A stretch of 64,000 bases of DNA from Candidatus Saccharimonadota bacterium (GTDB lineage: Bacteria; Patescibacteriota; Saccharimonadia; CAILAD01; BJGX01). A program made the position numbers and the translations under genes. Location: NCBI GenBank assembly GCA_016191105.1, contig JACPPH010000005.1, positions 721 through 64,720 of the forward strand, in the 5' to 3' direction. The notes below the pieces were generated by a model. The model saw only the letters and a program-made list of their open reading frames with translations, ran no database searches and was not told where the DNA came from. Below are positions 41,226 to 53,636 of this stretch, piece by piece (within the stretch, counting starts at the first letter, position 1; the number at the start of each line of letters is the position of its first letter).

Positions 41226-41874
41226 GCAAACGAAGTTAATTTTTTTTGATCTGGACGGCACCCTTACTGACGGTTGTGAGTTTGTGTTTGGCCACGTCTG
41301 GGATTACTTTAATCTTGACCACGAATTAAGCAAAAAACTTATCGCCGACTTCAATGCTGGGCGATTAAGTTATGAGGATTGGGTCAAAGAAGATATCAGA
41401 ATTTTTAAGGAAGCAGGTGTGACTAGAGACGAGATGATTAGGTCGTTTGGTAAGATTTACGTCACTAAAGGTGCCCACGAAGTTTTAGGTGTACTTAAGG
41501 GAGAAAACTATAAGATTTTTGTTGTCTCGGGCGGTATTGATCTGGTCATTTATCATTTATTTCCGCACTGGCAGGAGATATTCGAAGACATCTTTATTAA
41601 CAAGTACATTTTTGACCCGCAAGGAAGCATAGCCGATGCGATCCCCACGCCTTATGATTTTGAGCACAAAGCCACTTGTATACGCGACATGGCCAAGAAG
41701 TATGGGGTTAACATCGATCAAACAGTTTTTGTGGGCGACAATCACAACGATATTCACGCAGCAATAGCAGCCGGCACCTCAGTTGCCTTTAACTGCAAGT
41801 CTGATCAGCTGGTTCAGGTGGCAACTCATCATGTTGAATCGAATGACCTGCGCGACATTCTGCCTTACTGCTGA
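41215..41874 (+). CDS. HAD-superfamily hydrolase (HAD-IB/phosphoserine-phosphatase-like)
   Basis: FFDLDGTLTDG motif I and the GDxxND motif near the C-terminus. Confidence 0.75.
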   Translation: MKDEQTKLIFFDLDGTLTDGCEFVFGHVWDYFNLDHELSKKLIADFNAGRLSYEDWVKEDIRIFKEAGVTRDEMIRSFGKIYVTKGAHEVLGVLKGENYKIFVVSGGIDLVIYHLFPHWQEIFEDIFINKYIFDPQGSIADAIPTPYDFEHKATCIRDMAKKYGVNIDQTVFVGDNHNDIHAAIAAGTSVAFNCKSDQLVQVATHHVESNDLRDILPYC

Positions 41875-41927
41875 TTGCACTATGTCTGCACCGGGCGTAT
41901 AATAACATCTAGATAAAGGAGTAATTT

Positions 41928-42494
41928 ATGATTCTTTGGATTGTCTTAATTTTAGTCGTAGTGGTGCTAGTTTGGCTCTGGGCTACCTACAACGGCCTAA
42001 TCAAATCGCGCAACCGGGCCGATGAGGCACTGAGCGACATTACTGTGCAAGAAAAGCGTCGCCTAGACCTTATTCCCAACCTGGTGGAGTCGGTAAAAGG
42101 CTACGCCAAGCACGAAAAAGGCGTATTCGAAGAGGTTACCAAAGCTCGTAGTGCAGTAATGAATGCTCCAGAGGGCGACCTGGGTAAACGAGCCGAGAGC
42201 GACAACATGCTTAGCGGGGCGCTTAAAAGCCTATTCGCAGTTAGCGAAAACTACCCAGACCTTAAAGCTAATCAGAATTTTATGCAGCTGCAAGAGGAGT
42301 TGGTCGATACTGAAGATAAAATTCAAGCCAGCCGCCGCTTTTACAACGGTAATGTGCGTGACTTTAATACCAAGTTACAGGTTTTTCCAACTAGCCTAAT
42401 TGGTAACATGTTGGGTTTTAAGGCCAAAGATCTTTACGACGTAGCAGACAGCGAAAAAGAAGCTGTTAAGAAAGCCCCCGACGTAAAGTTCTAG
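41928..42494 (+). CDS. LemA-family protein
   Basis: N-terminal TM followed by YNGLIKSRNRADEALSDITVQEKRRLDLIPNLV, the LemA signature. Confidence 0.8.
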   Translation: MILWIVLILVVVVLVWLWATYNGLIKSRNRADEALSDITVQEKRRLDLIPNLVESVKGYAKHEKGVFEEVTKARSAVMNAPEGDLGKRAESDNMLSGALKSLFAVSENYPDLKANQNFMQLQEELVDTEDKIQASRRFYNGNVRDFNTKLQVFPTSLIGNMLGFKAKDLYDVADSEKEAVKKAPDVKF

Positions 42495-42500
42495 TCCTTT

Positions 42501-43073
42501 ATGATTCTCGCGGATCCAAAACGTCTTATACCCAGCGACAGCTTCGGGGTAAAAGGCAAGAACTACTATTGGAACAATCCCCAGCGATTTGGCATTAGTG
42601 AGCACGAGCTTAAAGACCTAGGAATTACCGATGAGACGGTCTTGGTTGATCTAGACCTCAAAGCACCACTGGCATTGGCAAAGCAGAGGTTGGGTAAATA
42701 TGGCTATACTATCGCAATAGTAGACGGTTACCGCAGCCCCGAACTATATAAAATAGCCCATCGCACTCGCAGCAAAGTAATGGGAAAAGCTAATGCCAAC
42801 GCTTTAATGAATCTCAAAGATATGCCACATGCTAGTGGGCGTGTTGTTGATGTACAGTTAATCGATACAAAAACAGGCAAGGAAGTTTATATGCGTGATT
42901 CCAAAGACAGCATACCGGCGCATTTTGTTGGGTTCTATACTGATAAAAATGATGCCCAAAGCAAAACCTTTCAACGTCTACAGGATTTGTTAGTGAAAAC
43001 CATGTTGAGCTTGGGTTTCAAACTCGGCAGCAAAAAAGAATATTGGCATTTTGAGTTACCACTTGATAAATAA
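42501..43073 (+). CDS. M15-family D-Ala-D-Ala dipeptidase/carboxypeptidase (VanX/VanY-like)
   Basis: HASGRVVD (SxHxxGxAxD-type) and EYWHFE (EWWH-type) zinc-site motifs. Confidence 0.6.
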   Translation: MILADPKRLIPSDSFGVKGKNYYWNNPQRFGISEHELKDLGITDETVLVDLDLKAPLALAKQRLGKYGYTIAIVDGYRSPELYKIAHRTRSKVMGKANANALMNLKDMPHASGRVVDVQLIDTKTGKEVYMRDSKDSIPAHFVGFYTDKNDAQSKTFQRLQDLLVKTMLSLGFKLGSKKEYWHFELPLDK

Positions 43074-43077
43074 ACGG

Positions 43078-43115
43078 CTATAAAAAGAAAGAGACCCGCC
43101 CACGAAGGAGCGGGC
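43078..43115 (-). terminator. intrinsic terminator hairpin (GCCCGC-UCCUUCGUG-GGCGGG followed by a U-tract) for the GC-rich gene 43158..43523
   Basis: GC stem followed by TCTCTTTCTTTTT on the minus strand. Confidence 0.6.
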
Positions 43116-43157
43116 TTCTTTCGTGAGCGGGCTTGGTTGAGCTAGGCGACCGATCGG

Positions 43158-43523
43158 TCAGACGACGGTGTCGACGAGCTGCTGGAGCTCTTGGCGAGCC
43201 TTCTGCTCGGCCGGTGATCCTGCCAGAGTTGGCAGGTTGTCGTGGATCCAGCTGTCGACGCTCGAGAACCGGACCACCTTCTCGGGCTCCACCAGGTACC
43301 ACAGGCTGTGGCGACCGCCACCCGTTGCACGGCAGAACAGCCTGAGCACGTCCATGCTGTCGTAGGCATGGTTCTTGACGGCAGGCAGCTCGGCGAAGAG
43401 CCTGGTTGTCTCCTCGAGTGAATCGGGGCCAGCGATCAGTTGTCCGTCAGGGTTGGCTTCGGTTCCGCGCGTTCCACGAGTGATCGTGATCTTGTACTCG
43501 TAGACTGCTTGAAGTATTGTCAT
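43158..43523 (-). CDS. hypothetical protein in a GC-rich (~60%) single-gene islet
   Basis: GGAGG RBS before the ATG (MTILQAVYEYK...); the tracked ORF runs to 43595, but the upstream part is Arg-rich junk. Confidence 0.45.
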   Translation of the reverse strand: MTILQAVYEYKITITRGTRGTEANPDGQLIAGPDSLEETTRLFAELPAVKNHAYDSMDVLRLFCRATGGGRHSLWYLVEPEKVVRFSSVDSWIHDNLPTLAGSPAEQKARQELQQLVDTVV

Positions 43524-43643
43524 GGCGCCTCCTGGGCGTTTGGTGCGGACGGTTTGTCTGGCGCCCATGTTACAATGGCAGATAGCATTAGTCAATACTT
43601 ACAGCTTCATTTTCAGGTTAAAACCAGGTATAATTAGGGCTAC

Positions 43644-44549
43644 ATGTATACCGAAATATCCAAAAACAAGCGCAATAGTTGGTTTTTGATAGGCGGCTTT
43701 GTGATTGTAATTACATTGCTTTGCTATGTCTTTGCCTTGGCGTTTAATAATCAAGCCGTACTATACTTAGGGGTTGGCTTTGCTGTTTTTTATGCCGCTA
43801 TAAGCTACTATTTTGCCGACAGCATGATATTGGCAGTCTCCAAGGCACAAAAAATAGCCAAAAAAGACAACCCCCAGCTATATAGAACTGTCGAAAACTT
43901 GAGCATCACGGCTGGTTTGCCAATGCCATCTATTTATATAATCGATGATACAGCTCCAAACGCCTTTGCAACTGGCAGAGATCCTAAACACGCGATTGTG
44001 GCGGTAACCTCTGGTTTGCTAGAGAAGCTGGATAAGCCAGAGCTAGAGGGTGTAATTGCTCATGAGCTGAGCCATGTTGGTAACTACGACGTAAGGCTTA
44101 TGGCATTGGTGGTGGTTTTGGTGGCGGTGATTGTATTGTTGAGCGATTGGTTTTTGCGGTTTAGTTTTATATTTGGTGATGATAACGATTCCGGTGGCGG
44201 AACATTTCAGTTGATTATGATTGTTATCGGCATAGCCCTGGCATTACTAGCACCACTAATCGGCGTGTTATTACAACTGGCGATTAGTCGCAAACGCGAG
44301 TATTTGGCCGACGCCAGTGGGGCTATGTTAACGCGTTATCCCGAAGGGTTGGCTAAGGCACTACGCAAGATCGAAGGCGACACGGAGCCCCTAGAAGCTG
44401 CTAATAGAGCCACCGAAAACCTGTACATCATCAACCCTTTGCGTGATAATGTGCATGGGCACCGCAGTTGGTTTGCGGGGCTGTTTAGCACTCATCCGCC
44501 GACCGCTGAGCGCATAAAAAGATTAGAAAGCATGGATCTACACCCATAA
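43644..44549 (+). CDS. htpX: zinc metalloprotease HtpX (M48)
   Basis: HELSHVGNYD HExxH motif; TM helices flanking the catalytic domain. Confidence 0.85.
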   Translation: MYTEISKNKRNSWFLIGGFVIVITLLCYVFALAFNNQAVLYLGVGFAVFYAAISYYFADSMILAVSKAQKIAKKDNPQLYRTVENLSITAGLPMPSIYIIDDTAPNAFATGRDPKHAIVAVTSGLLEKLDKPELEGVIAHELSHVGNYDVRLMALVVVLVAVIVLLSDWFLRFSFIFGDDNDSGGGTFQLIMIVIGIALALLAPLIGVLLQLAISRKREYLADASGAMLTRYPEGLAKALRKIEGDTEPLEAANRATENLYIINPLRDNVHGHRSWFAGLFSTHPPTAERIKRLESMDLHP

Positions 44550-44564
44550 ACAGGAAAATTATAG

Positions 44565-47316
<2,752 letters not shown>

Positions 47317-47356
47317 CACTTCCATCCATGTCGTCCCAGCCTACGAGTTCGAGTTC

Positions 47357-47392
47357 TGCAAGGTTTACCCTTGTGCAAGGGTAAACCTTGCA
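47357..47392. repeat. REP-type hairpin (16-bp perfect stem) upstream of the Y1 transposase
   Basis: TGCAAGGTTTACCCTTG-TG-CAAGGGTAAACCTTGCA; a half-site copy lies at 47424-47441. Confidence 0.75.
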
Positions 47393-47461
47393 CCCGTCTT
47401 AAATCGATTCTTGAAAGTGCTTAAGCTGTACAAGGCTAACCCTTGTGGCTACAATCCAGAT

Positions 47462-48118
47462 ATGCCAAGCAAAAATGTTACGAAGCAATTTGTGGAAGGC
47501 GGCTACTATCATGCCTACAACCGTGGCGTTGAAAAACGAAACATCTTTTTAGATGAAATGGACTATAGGGTTTTTATTAGCCGAATTGTTCAGATATTGA
47601 GTCCTGTAAGCCCCCAGGCAGAAACATCTATTCGCTTAAAAAATTATGTTAACGAAATTGAACTTGTGGCTTTCTGCTTAATGCCGAATCACTTTCATTT
47701 ACTTATAAAACAAGTAAATCGAACTAGTATGACTGCTTTTATGCGGACACTTTGTACTAGCTATTCAATGTATTTTAACGCAAAGTATAAGCGAGTCGGG
47801 CGCTTGTTCCAAGGTTCGTATAAGGCTACCCAAATTGAATCTGGTGAATATATTACCCACCTTTCTCGCTATATACATCGCAACCCGCTTGTGCTTGGCT
47901 TCGAGCTGGAGAATTACCAATATTCTAGCTTCAATCTATTGCGGTACCCACCAAGCTGGCTCAGGCACGATATAGTTAATCAAAGCTTTCGGTCGATAGA
48001 TGAATATCTGGAATTCGTATTGGATGAGTCTCAAGCCCCAGACGAAATTTTAAATCGACTAATATTGGAGGAGGTCGAAAAAATTCCTGCAAGTACTGCA
48101 AGGATTACCCTTGCATAA
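47462..48118 (+). CDS. IS200-like / REP-associated tyrosine transposase (Y1 HUH transposase)
   Basis: YHAYNRG, HUH motif NHFHLLI, catalytic Tyr region (SRYIHRNP); flanked by inverted REP hairpins. The tracked ORF from 47411 starts inside the REP. Confidence 0.7.
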   Translation: MPSKNVTKQFVEGGYYHAYNRGVEKRNIFLDEMDYRVFISRIVQILSPVSPQAETSIRLKNYVNEIELVAFCLMPNHFHLLIKQVNRTSMTAFMRTLCTSYSMYFNAKYKRVGRLFQGSYKATQIESGEYITHLSRYIHRNPLVLGFELENYQYSSFNLLRYPPSWLRHDIVNQSFRSIDEYLEFVLDESQAPDEILNRLILEEVEKIPASTARITLA

Positions 48119-48137
48119 GGGTAATCCTTGCAGTACT
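48092..48137. repeat. REP-type hairpin (21-bp perfect stem) overlapping the transposase stop codon
   Basis: AGTACTGCAAGGATTACCCTT-GCAT-AAGGGTAATCCTTGCAGTACT; the TAA stop sits in the loop. Confidence 0.8.
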
Positions 48138-48226
48138 TGCACTAGAAGTCTAGGGTAGAGCTTGTTTTTGTGAAATCGCCCGTGCTTTATAGGCTTATCT
48201 GAAGCTGGTATAATTATGTAGTATTT

Positions 48227-48517
48227 ATGCCCAAATTAAGTTTATCTGAGATCCAAAAAGTTGCCCGCTTAGCGCGCATAGAACTAGCCAGCGAAGAGCT
48301 CGACAGGATGACGCTCGAAGTTGGTTCTATCTTAGAGTTCGTAGATAGTCTGCAGGCTATTAAAACCGAAGGTGTTAAACCCACCAGCCAAGTTACCGGG
48401 CTTAAAGATGTCTGGCGCGAAGATGTCGTGCAAGACTGTGAGATCCCACGTGAAGAGTTACTCAGCCAATCCCCGGCTACTCAAGATGGGTATGTTAAGG
48501 TGAAGAAAGTATTATGA
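48227..48517 (+). CDS. gatC: Asp/Glu-tRNA amidotransferase subunit C
   Basis: 96 aa, MPKLSLSEIQKVARLARIEL... typical of GatC. Confidence 0.8.
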   Translation: MPKLSLSEIQKVARLARIELASEELDRMTLEVGSILEFVDSLQAIKTEGVKPTSQVTGLKDVWREDVVQDCEIPREELLSQSPATQDGYVKVKKVL

Positions 48518-48522
48518 CAGAT

Positions 48523-48593
48523 TTTATTGTTCGAACCCAAGCGAAAACTATGGTTTTCACCCGCCAGCCGGCAGACTCGGACGATAACGGGGT
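48523..48593. repeat. nested palindromic repeat, copy D (diverged right arm)
   Basis: TTTTATTGTTCGAAC...GAAAACTATGGTTTTC...CGGACGATAACGG between gatC and gatA. Confidence 0.5.
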
Positions 48594-48598
48594 GGAAT

Positions 48599-50029
48599 AT
48601 GGCTGAGCTCGGATACCTTTCAATTAAACAGACCCACGAACTTTTGGTGAGTAAAGAAGTGTCGGCGGTTGTGCTTACCCAATATTATCTGGATCGTATT
48701 AAACAATACGATGATAAGGTTAAGGCTTGCCTATATGTCTGTGAAAAAGAAGCAATCGCTCAAGCTAAGGCTGTCGACGAAAAAATAGCTAGTGGTCAGG
48801 TAATTGGAGCGATAGAGGGAATTCCCTACACCGCCAAGGACATGTTTTTAACTACAGGCATTGTTACCACAGCAGCCAGCAAAATTCTTAAAGACTACAT
48901 GCCACCGTATTCGGCAACGGTAGTCGAAAAACTGAACAAGGCTGGAGCAATCCTGCTTGCTAAGGTTAATCAAGATGAGTATGGGCATGGAGGCAGCACT
49001 GAAAACTCCGGCTATCACCCGACCCATAATCCCTGGGATCTCGAGCGAGTGCCAGGAGGGAGTTCGGGCGGCTCGGCCGCTGCAGTGGCTATGGATTTTG
49101 GAATTTTTAGCTTGGGTACAGACACTGGAGGCTCAACTCGACAGCCAGCAGCTTATTGTGGGGTGGTTGGGTATAAGCCCACCTATGGGCTGATAAGCCG
49201 CTACGGAGTAGTAGCTATGGCCTCGAGCCTAGACACAATCGGTACCTTGGCACGAAATGCCGACGATGTAGCGAGGCTGGTTGAGACCATAGCTGGTCGA
49301 GACCAACAAGATTCGACAACGATTGAATCTAACTTTAAGCTTGAAGACTTGAGTAGTGATGTCAAAATTGGAGTACTCGATTCTTATAAAGACTTAGAAC
49401 AGGTAAAAAACTTCGTTGGTGCAATAAAGCCCACAGAAGAATTTACCCAGGCTGAATTTATTAATCCAGAGTTAGCTTTGGCAACCTACTATGTTTTAAC
49501 TCCATCTGAGATAAGCTCGAATTTAGAGCGATACGATGGCATTCGTTATGGTCAGAGTTCGGCCAAAGCCGATGATCTGTATGAGGTTTATGCCAAAACC
49601 CGTGATGAATTTTTTGGACCCGAAGTTAAACGCCGCAATATGATTGGCACCTATGCACTATCGGCCGGCTACTACGATGCTTATTACAAAAAGGCTATGC
49701 AGGCTCGAACCCTAATATGTCAGACATTCGATAGGCTTTTTGAACAGTTTGATTTGATTGTTACACCTACTACCCTTACAGCAGCATTCAAACTAGGCGA
49801 CAAGTCGGATCCGGTGGAAATGTATAAAGAAGATATTTTAACTGTCTCGGCAAACTTGGCTGGCATTCCGGCCGTAAGTATCCCAGCTGGTGTAGACTCA
49901 GAAACCGGGTTGCCCTTAGGCCTGCAAGTAATGGGTCGACAAGGTGAGGATGCGAAGGTAATATCTGCAGCCAGGGCTTTTCAGGCCAAAACAGATTGGC
50001 ATAAACGGGTAGAGGGGATAAGGCTATGA
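48599..50029 (+). CDS. gatA: Asp/Glu-tRNA amidotransferase subunit A
   Basis: Amidase signature (GGSSGGSAAAVA); start placed at MAELGYLSIKQ rather than the tracked 48527, which lies inside the repeat. Confidence 0.9.
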   Translation: MAELGYLSIKQTHELLVSKEVSAVVLTQYYLDRIKQYDDKVKACLYVCEKEAIAQAKAVDEKIASGQVIGAIEGIPYTAKDMFLTTGIVTTAASKILKDYMPPYSATVVEKLNKAGAILLAKVNQDEYGHGGSTENSGYHPTHNPWDLERVPGGSSGGSAAAVAMDFGIFSLGTDTGGSTRQPAAYCGVVGYKPTYGLISRYGVVAMASSLDTIGTLARNADDVARLVETIAGRDQQDSTTIESNFKLEDLSSDVKIGVLDSYKDLEQVKNFVGAIKPTEEFTQAEFINPELALATYYVLTPSEISSNLERYDGIRYGQSSAKADDLYEVYAKTRDEFFGPEVKRRNMIGTYALSAGYYDAYYKKAMQARTLICQTFDRLFEQFDLIVTPTTLTAAFKLGDKSDPVEMYKEDILTVSANLAGIPAVSIPAGVDSETGLPLGLQVMGRQGEDAKVISAARAFQAKTDWHKRVEGIRL

Positions 50030-50493
50030 CACTTGTCTCGGTGATTGTTGCCATTATCGTGCTGTCTGGGCTGATGTATTTTGTTATGCGCGGTAAAGCC
50101 AGCAAGCAGAAAAAGCGGCTTAACCCAGCCATGGCCGCTAAAAAGCTGGGGTTTGCTGATAGACCCAAACTCGACGTTGCTTTAGTGCAAAATAAGTGGA
50201 GAGATATACAAGCAATGCAAAACTCTGGCCCTAGTGGGATAAAAAACGCACTTATGGAGGCTGATAAACTCTTGGATTATGTGTTACGAGCCAAGGGCTT
50301 TCGCGGCGAGACTATGGCCGACCGAATGCGCTCAGCTGGCCCTCAGTTAGGCAGCGTAACGGCTGTTTGGGCGGCCCATAAACTGCGCAATATGTTGGCT
50401 CACGAAGTTGAGCACGACATTGTGCCCAATCAAGTTAAACAAGCTGTTGCCGACTTGGGCCAGAGCATACGAGATTTAGGAGTAGGCATCTAA
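50026..50493 (+). CDS. membrane-anchored hypothetical protein
   Basis: N-terminal TM followed by a basic stretch; 155 aa. Confidence 0.4.
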   Translation: MTLVSVIVAIIVLSGLMYFVMRGKASKQKKRLNPAMAAKKLGFADRPKLDVALVQNKWRDIQAMQNSGPSGIKNALMEADKLLDYVLRAKGFRGETMADRMRSAGPQLGSVTAVWAAHKLRNMLAHEVEHDIVPNQVKQAVADLGQSIRDLGVGI

Positions 50494-51314
50494 TGCCAGA
50501 CAAACCTATCCCAAGACCACCAAGCGATGAAGAAATGGGCCGAGCTGACCTGCGTATTGATCAGTCAAACCGCCAGGCTGTGGTGTTGGCTCGTATAGCA
50601 GAACTACAAAAATATGGTTTTAGCCAAGAGTTTGTAAACGATTTTAGAGCCGAAACACTGGTTGGAGCTAATGTTTCTGTAGGGGAGCGGCTTGATAGCC
50701 TAACTAGCCAAGGCTTCCACAGCCCCGTCAGCTTGATTGAAAAACAGCCCAACATACTCAAATATGCTCCAGAATCTATCCAAGGCAAACTTGATAGCCT
50801 AACTAGCCAAGGCTTCCACAGCCCCGTCAGCTTGATTGAAAAACAGCCCAGCATACTTGGTTTGGCTCCGGGAAACATTCAAAAACGAGTTGTTCTATTT
50901 TCTAAGTTAGTAGGCTTATTCAACTCACCAATTAACCCGGTTAAGCTTATGGAACAAGAAGCTGGGCTATTTTCAACAAAGATCGACAAGTTGTTAGTGT
51001 TAACCCGAATAGCTCGTAATTCCACAGCCGACGCCAGCCAGGTAGATCGCAAGCTGATCCATGATATTATGTTTGCAAACCTAGAAGATGTGTTGCTTGG
51101 TCTGGAAGATTTGGGTGAAGAGCAGCAAAACGCCAACCCCAACTATACTATTCAGCAATTACTGGCCAGGGCTAAAGAAATTAAAAAGCAAAGTCTGGGT
51201 AAAAACACCAAACGAGCCAGGATAGAGCGGGCTGCAGAGCTCGATCCAAAGGTGAAGGCTCGATACTTTAAAGGCTATCCATTAAAATCTGCTTTGGAGC
51301 AAAAGGATGAGTAA
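50493..51314 (+). CDS. hypothetical protein with an internal 99-bp tandem duplication
   Basis: A perfect 61-bp direct repeat at 50691-50751 and 50790-50850 encodes a duplicated LDSLTSQGFHSPVSLIEKQP module. Confidence 0.45.
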   Translation: MPDKPIPRPPSDEEMGRADLRIDQSNRQAVVLARIAELQKYGFSQEFVNDFRAETLVGANVSVGERLDSLTSQGFHSPVSLIEKQPNILKYAPESIQGKLDSLTSQGFHSPVSLIEKQPSILGLAPGNIQKRVVLFSKLVGLFNSPINPVKLMEQEAGLFSTKIDKLLVLTRIARNSTADASQVDRKLIHDIMFANLEDVLLGLEDLGEEQQNANPNYTIQQLLARAKEIKKQSLGKNTKRARIERAAELDPKVKARYFKGYPLKSALEQKDE

Positions 51315-52740
51315 GCAATATACTCCTACCATTGGTGTAGAGATACACGTTCAGCTAGCCACCAAGAGCAAAATGTTTTGCGCTTGCAACAACGACAGCC
51401 GACAGGCCGAGCCAAACACCAATGTTTGCCCAGTTTGTTTGGGCTTGCCCGGCACATTGCCAGTTATTAACAAAGGTGCTGTTGAGAAAGCCATAATCCT
51501 AGGAACTGGCCTAAATGCTAAAGTTGCCACAAACACTAGCTTTGACAGAAAAAACTATTTTTATCCCGATTCGCCCAAAGGCTACCAAATCACTCAAATG
51601 GACGAGCCGATTGTTCAGTCGGGATATGTAGAGATATTGGTAGGCGACGAATTTAAAAAGGTTGGTGTCCATCACGCTCACTTAGAAGAAGATGCTGGCA
51701 AGCTAACTCATCCGGCTGGGGCCGACTATAGCTTGGTAGACTTCAATCGTGCTGGCACGCCGCTTGTCGAAATCGTATCTGAACCCGATATGCATTCTCC
51801 CGAAGAGGCCAAACGCTATCTGCAAGAAGTTTACAATATAACTACAACTCTAGGAGTGAGTGATGGCGATATGCAGCACGGTAATTTTAAGTTTGATCTT
51901 AATGTATCGGTAAGCTCCGATGACAATTTGGGTACCAAGGTCGAATTGAAAAATCTTAACTCGTTTCGCAATGCCGAGCGAGCATTAACCTATGAAATCA
52001 AGCGCCAAGTCGAGCTTCTAGAACACAGCCAAGCAGTAGAACAAGAAACCCGCGGTTGGAACGACGGTAAGGCCAAAACCTTCTCGCAACGCAGCAAAGA
52101 AGAAGCTAACGACTATCGTTATTTTCCGGAGCCTGATTTGCCGCCTCTGGTTTTGACTGGCGAAATTGTGGAACCGATCCAAAGCCAACTAGCTGGCCAG
52201 GCTATGCCTATAGAGGTTCGCAAGCAACTGAAGGATTTGGGCTTAAACATCGACGAGCAAGATGTTTTGATTGGCCAGGCCAAAACTCGAGACATTTTCT
52301 TTAGTGCCTCCACAACACTCAACGATCAAAAGCTAACTAAAAAAGCAGTTAACTGGCTAGTTGGTGATTATCAAGCTTGGATAAAAGAAAACGACATAAG
52401 CGAATCCAAGCTGACAGGTGCGAATTTAGCTAATTTGATCAAGGAAGTTGACAACGGCACTATCAACAATACAAAAGCAAAGGAGCTTTTCGTTGAAGTT
52501 GTTAGTAATGGTAAGCCTCTCGAGATCAAAACTAGTGACCTTATCGATGTTTCAGACTTGGAGCTCGAAGTAGTTGCCCAGAAAATAGTAGCCGAAAATC
52601 CCAAGGCTGTAGAAGATTTTAGATCTGGCAATCAAAAAGCGCTTGGATTCTTTTTGGGCGCACTCATGCGCGAAACCCGCGGCCAAGCCAACCCTACCAA
52701 GGCCAATCAAATTATGCTTAAATTATTAAAAGGCGATTAG
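51307..52740 (+). CDS. gatB: Asp/Glu-tRNA amidotransferase subunit B
   Basis: GatB catalytic core and C-terminal GatB/YqeY domain; 477 aa. Confidence 0.9.
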   Translation: MSKQYTPTIGVEIHVQLATKSKMFCACNNDSRQAEPNTNVCPVCLGLPGTLPVINKGAVEKAIILGTGLNAKVATNTSFDRKNYFYPDSPKGYQITQMDEPIVQSGYVEILVGDEFKKVGVHHAHLEEDAGKLTHPAGADYSLVDFNRAGTPLVEIVSEPDMHSPEEAKRYLQEVYNITTTLGVSDGDMQHGNFKFDLNVSVSSDDNLGTKVELKNLNSFRNAERALTYEIKRQVELLEHSQAVEQETRGWNDGKAKTFSQRSKEEANDYRYFPEPDLPPLVLTGEIVEPIQSQLAGQAMPIEVRKQLKDLGLNIDEQDVLIGQAKTRDIFFSASTTLNDQKLTKKAVNWLVGDYQAWIKENDISESKLTGANLANLIKEVDNGTINNTKAKELFVEVVSNGKPLEIKTSDLIDVSDLELEVVAQKIVAENPKAVEDFRSGNQKALGFFLGALMRETRGQANPTKANQIMLKLLKGD

Positions 52741-52743
52741 TAC

Positions 52744-53367
52744 ATGCAAAATATAGGCACAGATTTTTTAAATAGCTTTAAGAGCGTGGGCACTAGCTTT
52801 AACTCAGTAATCCCAAATCTACCCAAGGCCATTATTATTGCCATAATTGGCTACGTTGTAATGAGGGTTGTGGCTGTCATTTTGCGCCAGCTAATACGAT
52901 GGACGCATTGGCCAATAGGCTTGCAAGAAATTATGAACACAGTAGTTCGGATTGCACTGTGGTTGTTTTTGATTATAACAATTTTACAGATTTTGGGGCT
53001 TAGTAGCATTGCCCTGGCTATTACCGGCTCGTTTGCAGTCTTGCTGCTTGGCTTTTCGCAGGGCATTTCGGCCACCGTGAGTGATTTAGTGGCCGGGTTG
53101 CAACTCAGTAGTGACAAGGATTTTAAGGTCGGTTACCGCATTAAGGCTGGTGATCAGCAAACAGCAGGTATTGTGCGCGAGATGGATATCAAAAAAACTA
53201 GGATCGAAGATGATGACGGTAATTTGCATGTTATACCCAATGCCGTGATAGACAAAAACGAGTGGACAGTGCTGGAGCGGCACGTGCATAGCTCAATGCC
53301 GAGTAGTATAATGAAGCGGACAGCCAAGGCGGCTGACAAAATTAAGCAGAAAGTGAGAAAGAAATGA
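52744..53367 (+). CDS. small MscS-family mechanosensitive channel
   Basis: Pore-lining helix GLSSIALAITGSFAVLLLGFSQGISATVSDLVAGL followed by a beta domain. Confidence 0.6.
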   Translation: MQNIGTDFLNSFKSVGTSFNSVIPNLPKAIIIAIIGYVVMRVVAVILRQLIRWTHWPIGLQEIMNTVVRIALWLFLIITILQILGLSSIALAITGSFAVLLLGFSQGISATVSDLVAGLQLSSDKDFKVGYRIKAGDQQTAGIVREMDIKKTRIEDDDGNLHVIPNAVIDKNEWTVLERHVHSSMPSSIMKRTAKAADKIKQKVRKK

Positions 53368-53636
53368 ATATTTTAGTAATCGCACTTTTGGTAGTAATGT
53401 CGATCGCGCTAATTATTTTAATAACCTATACCGTAATATTTTTGGTGGTGCTGGTGAAAGCTCTCAAACAAGTACGCCTAGCAGCTCAAAAAGTTCAGGA
53501 CAGTGCTGAACAGGCCAGTGATTTGGTCGACGAGGTTCGTCGCACCGTTGTAAATCCAGGAGTAGTCGCCATGATGATCGAAAAATACCTAACCAAATTT
53601 AGGCACAGCAGCAAAAGGAAGAAAGACGATGAGTAA
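53364..53636 (+). CDS. small membrane protein, hypothetical
   Basis: N-terminal TM; 90 aa. Confidence 0.35.
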   Translation: MNILVIALLVVMSIALIILITYTVIFLVVLVKALKQVRLAAQKVQDSAEQASDLVDEVRRTVVNPGVVAMMIEKYLTKFRHSSKRKKDDE

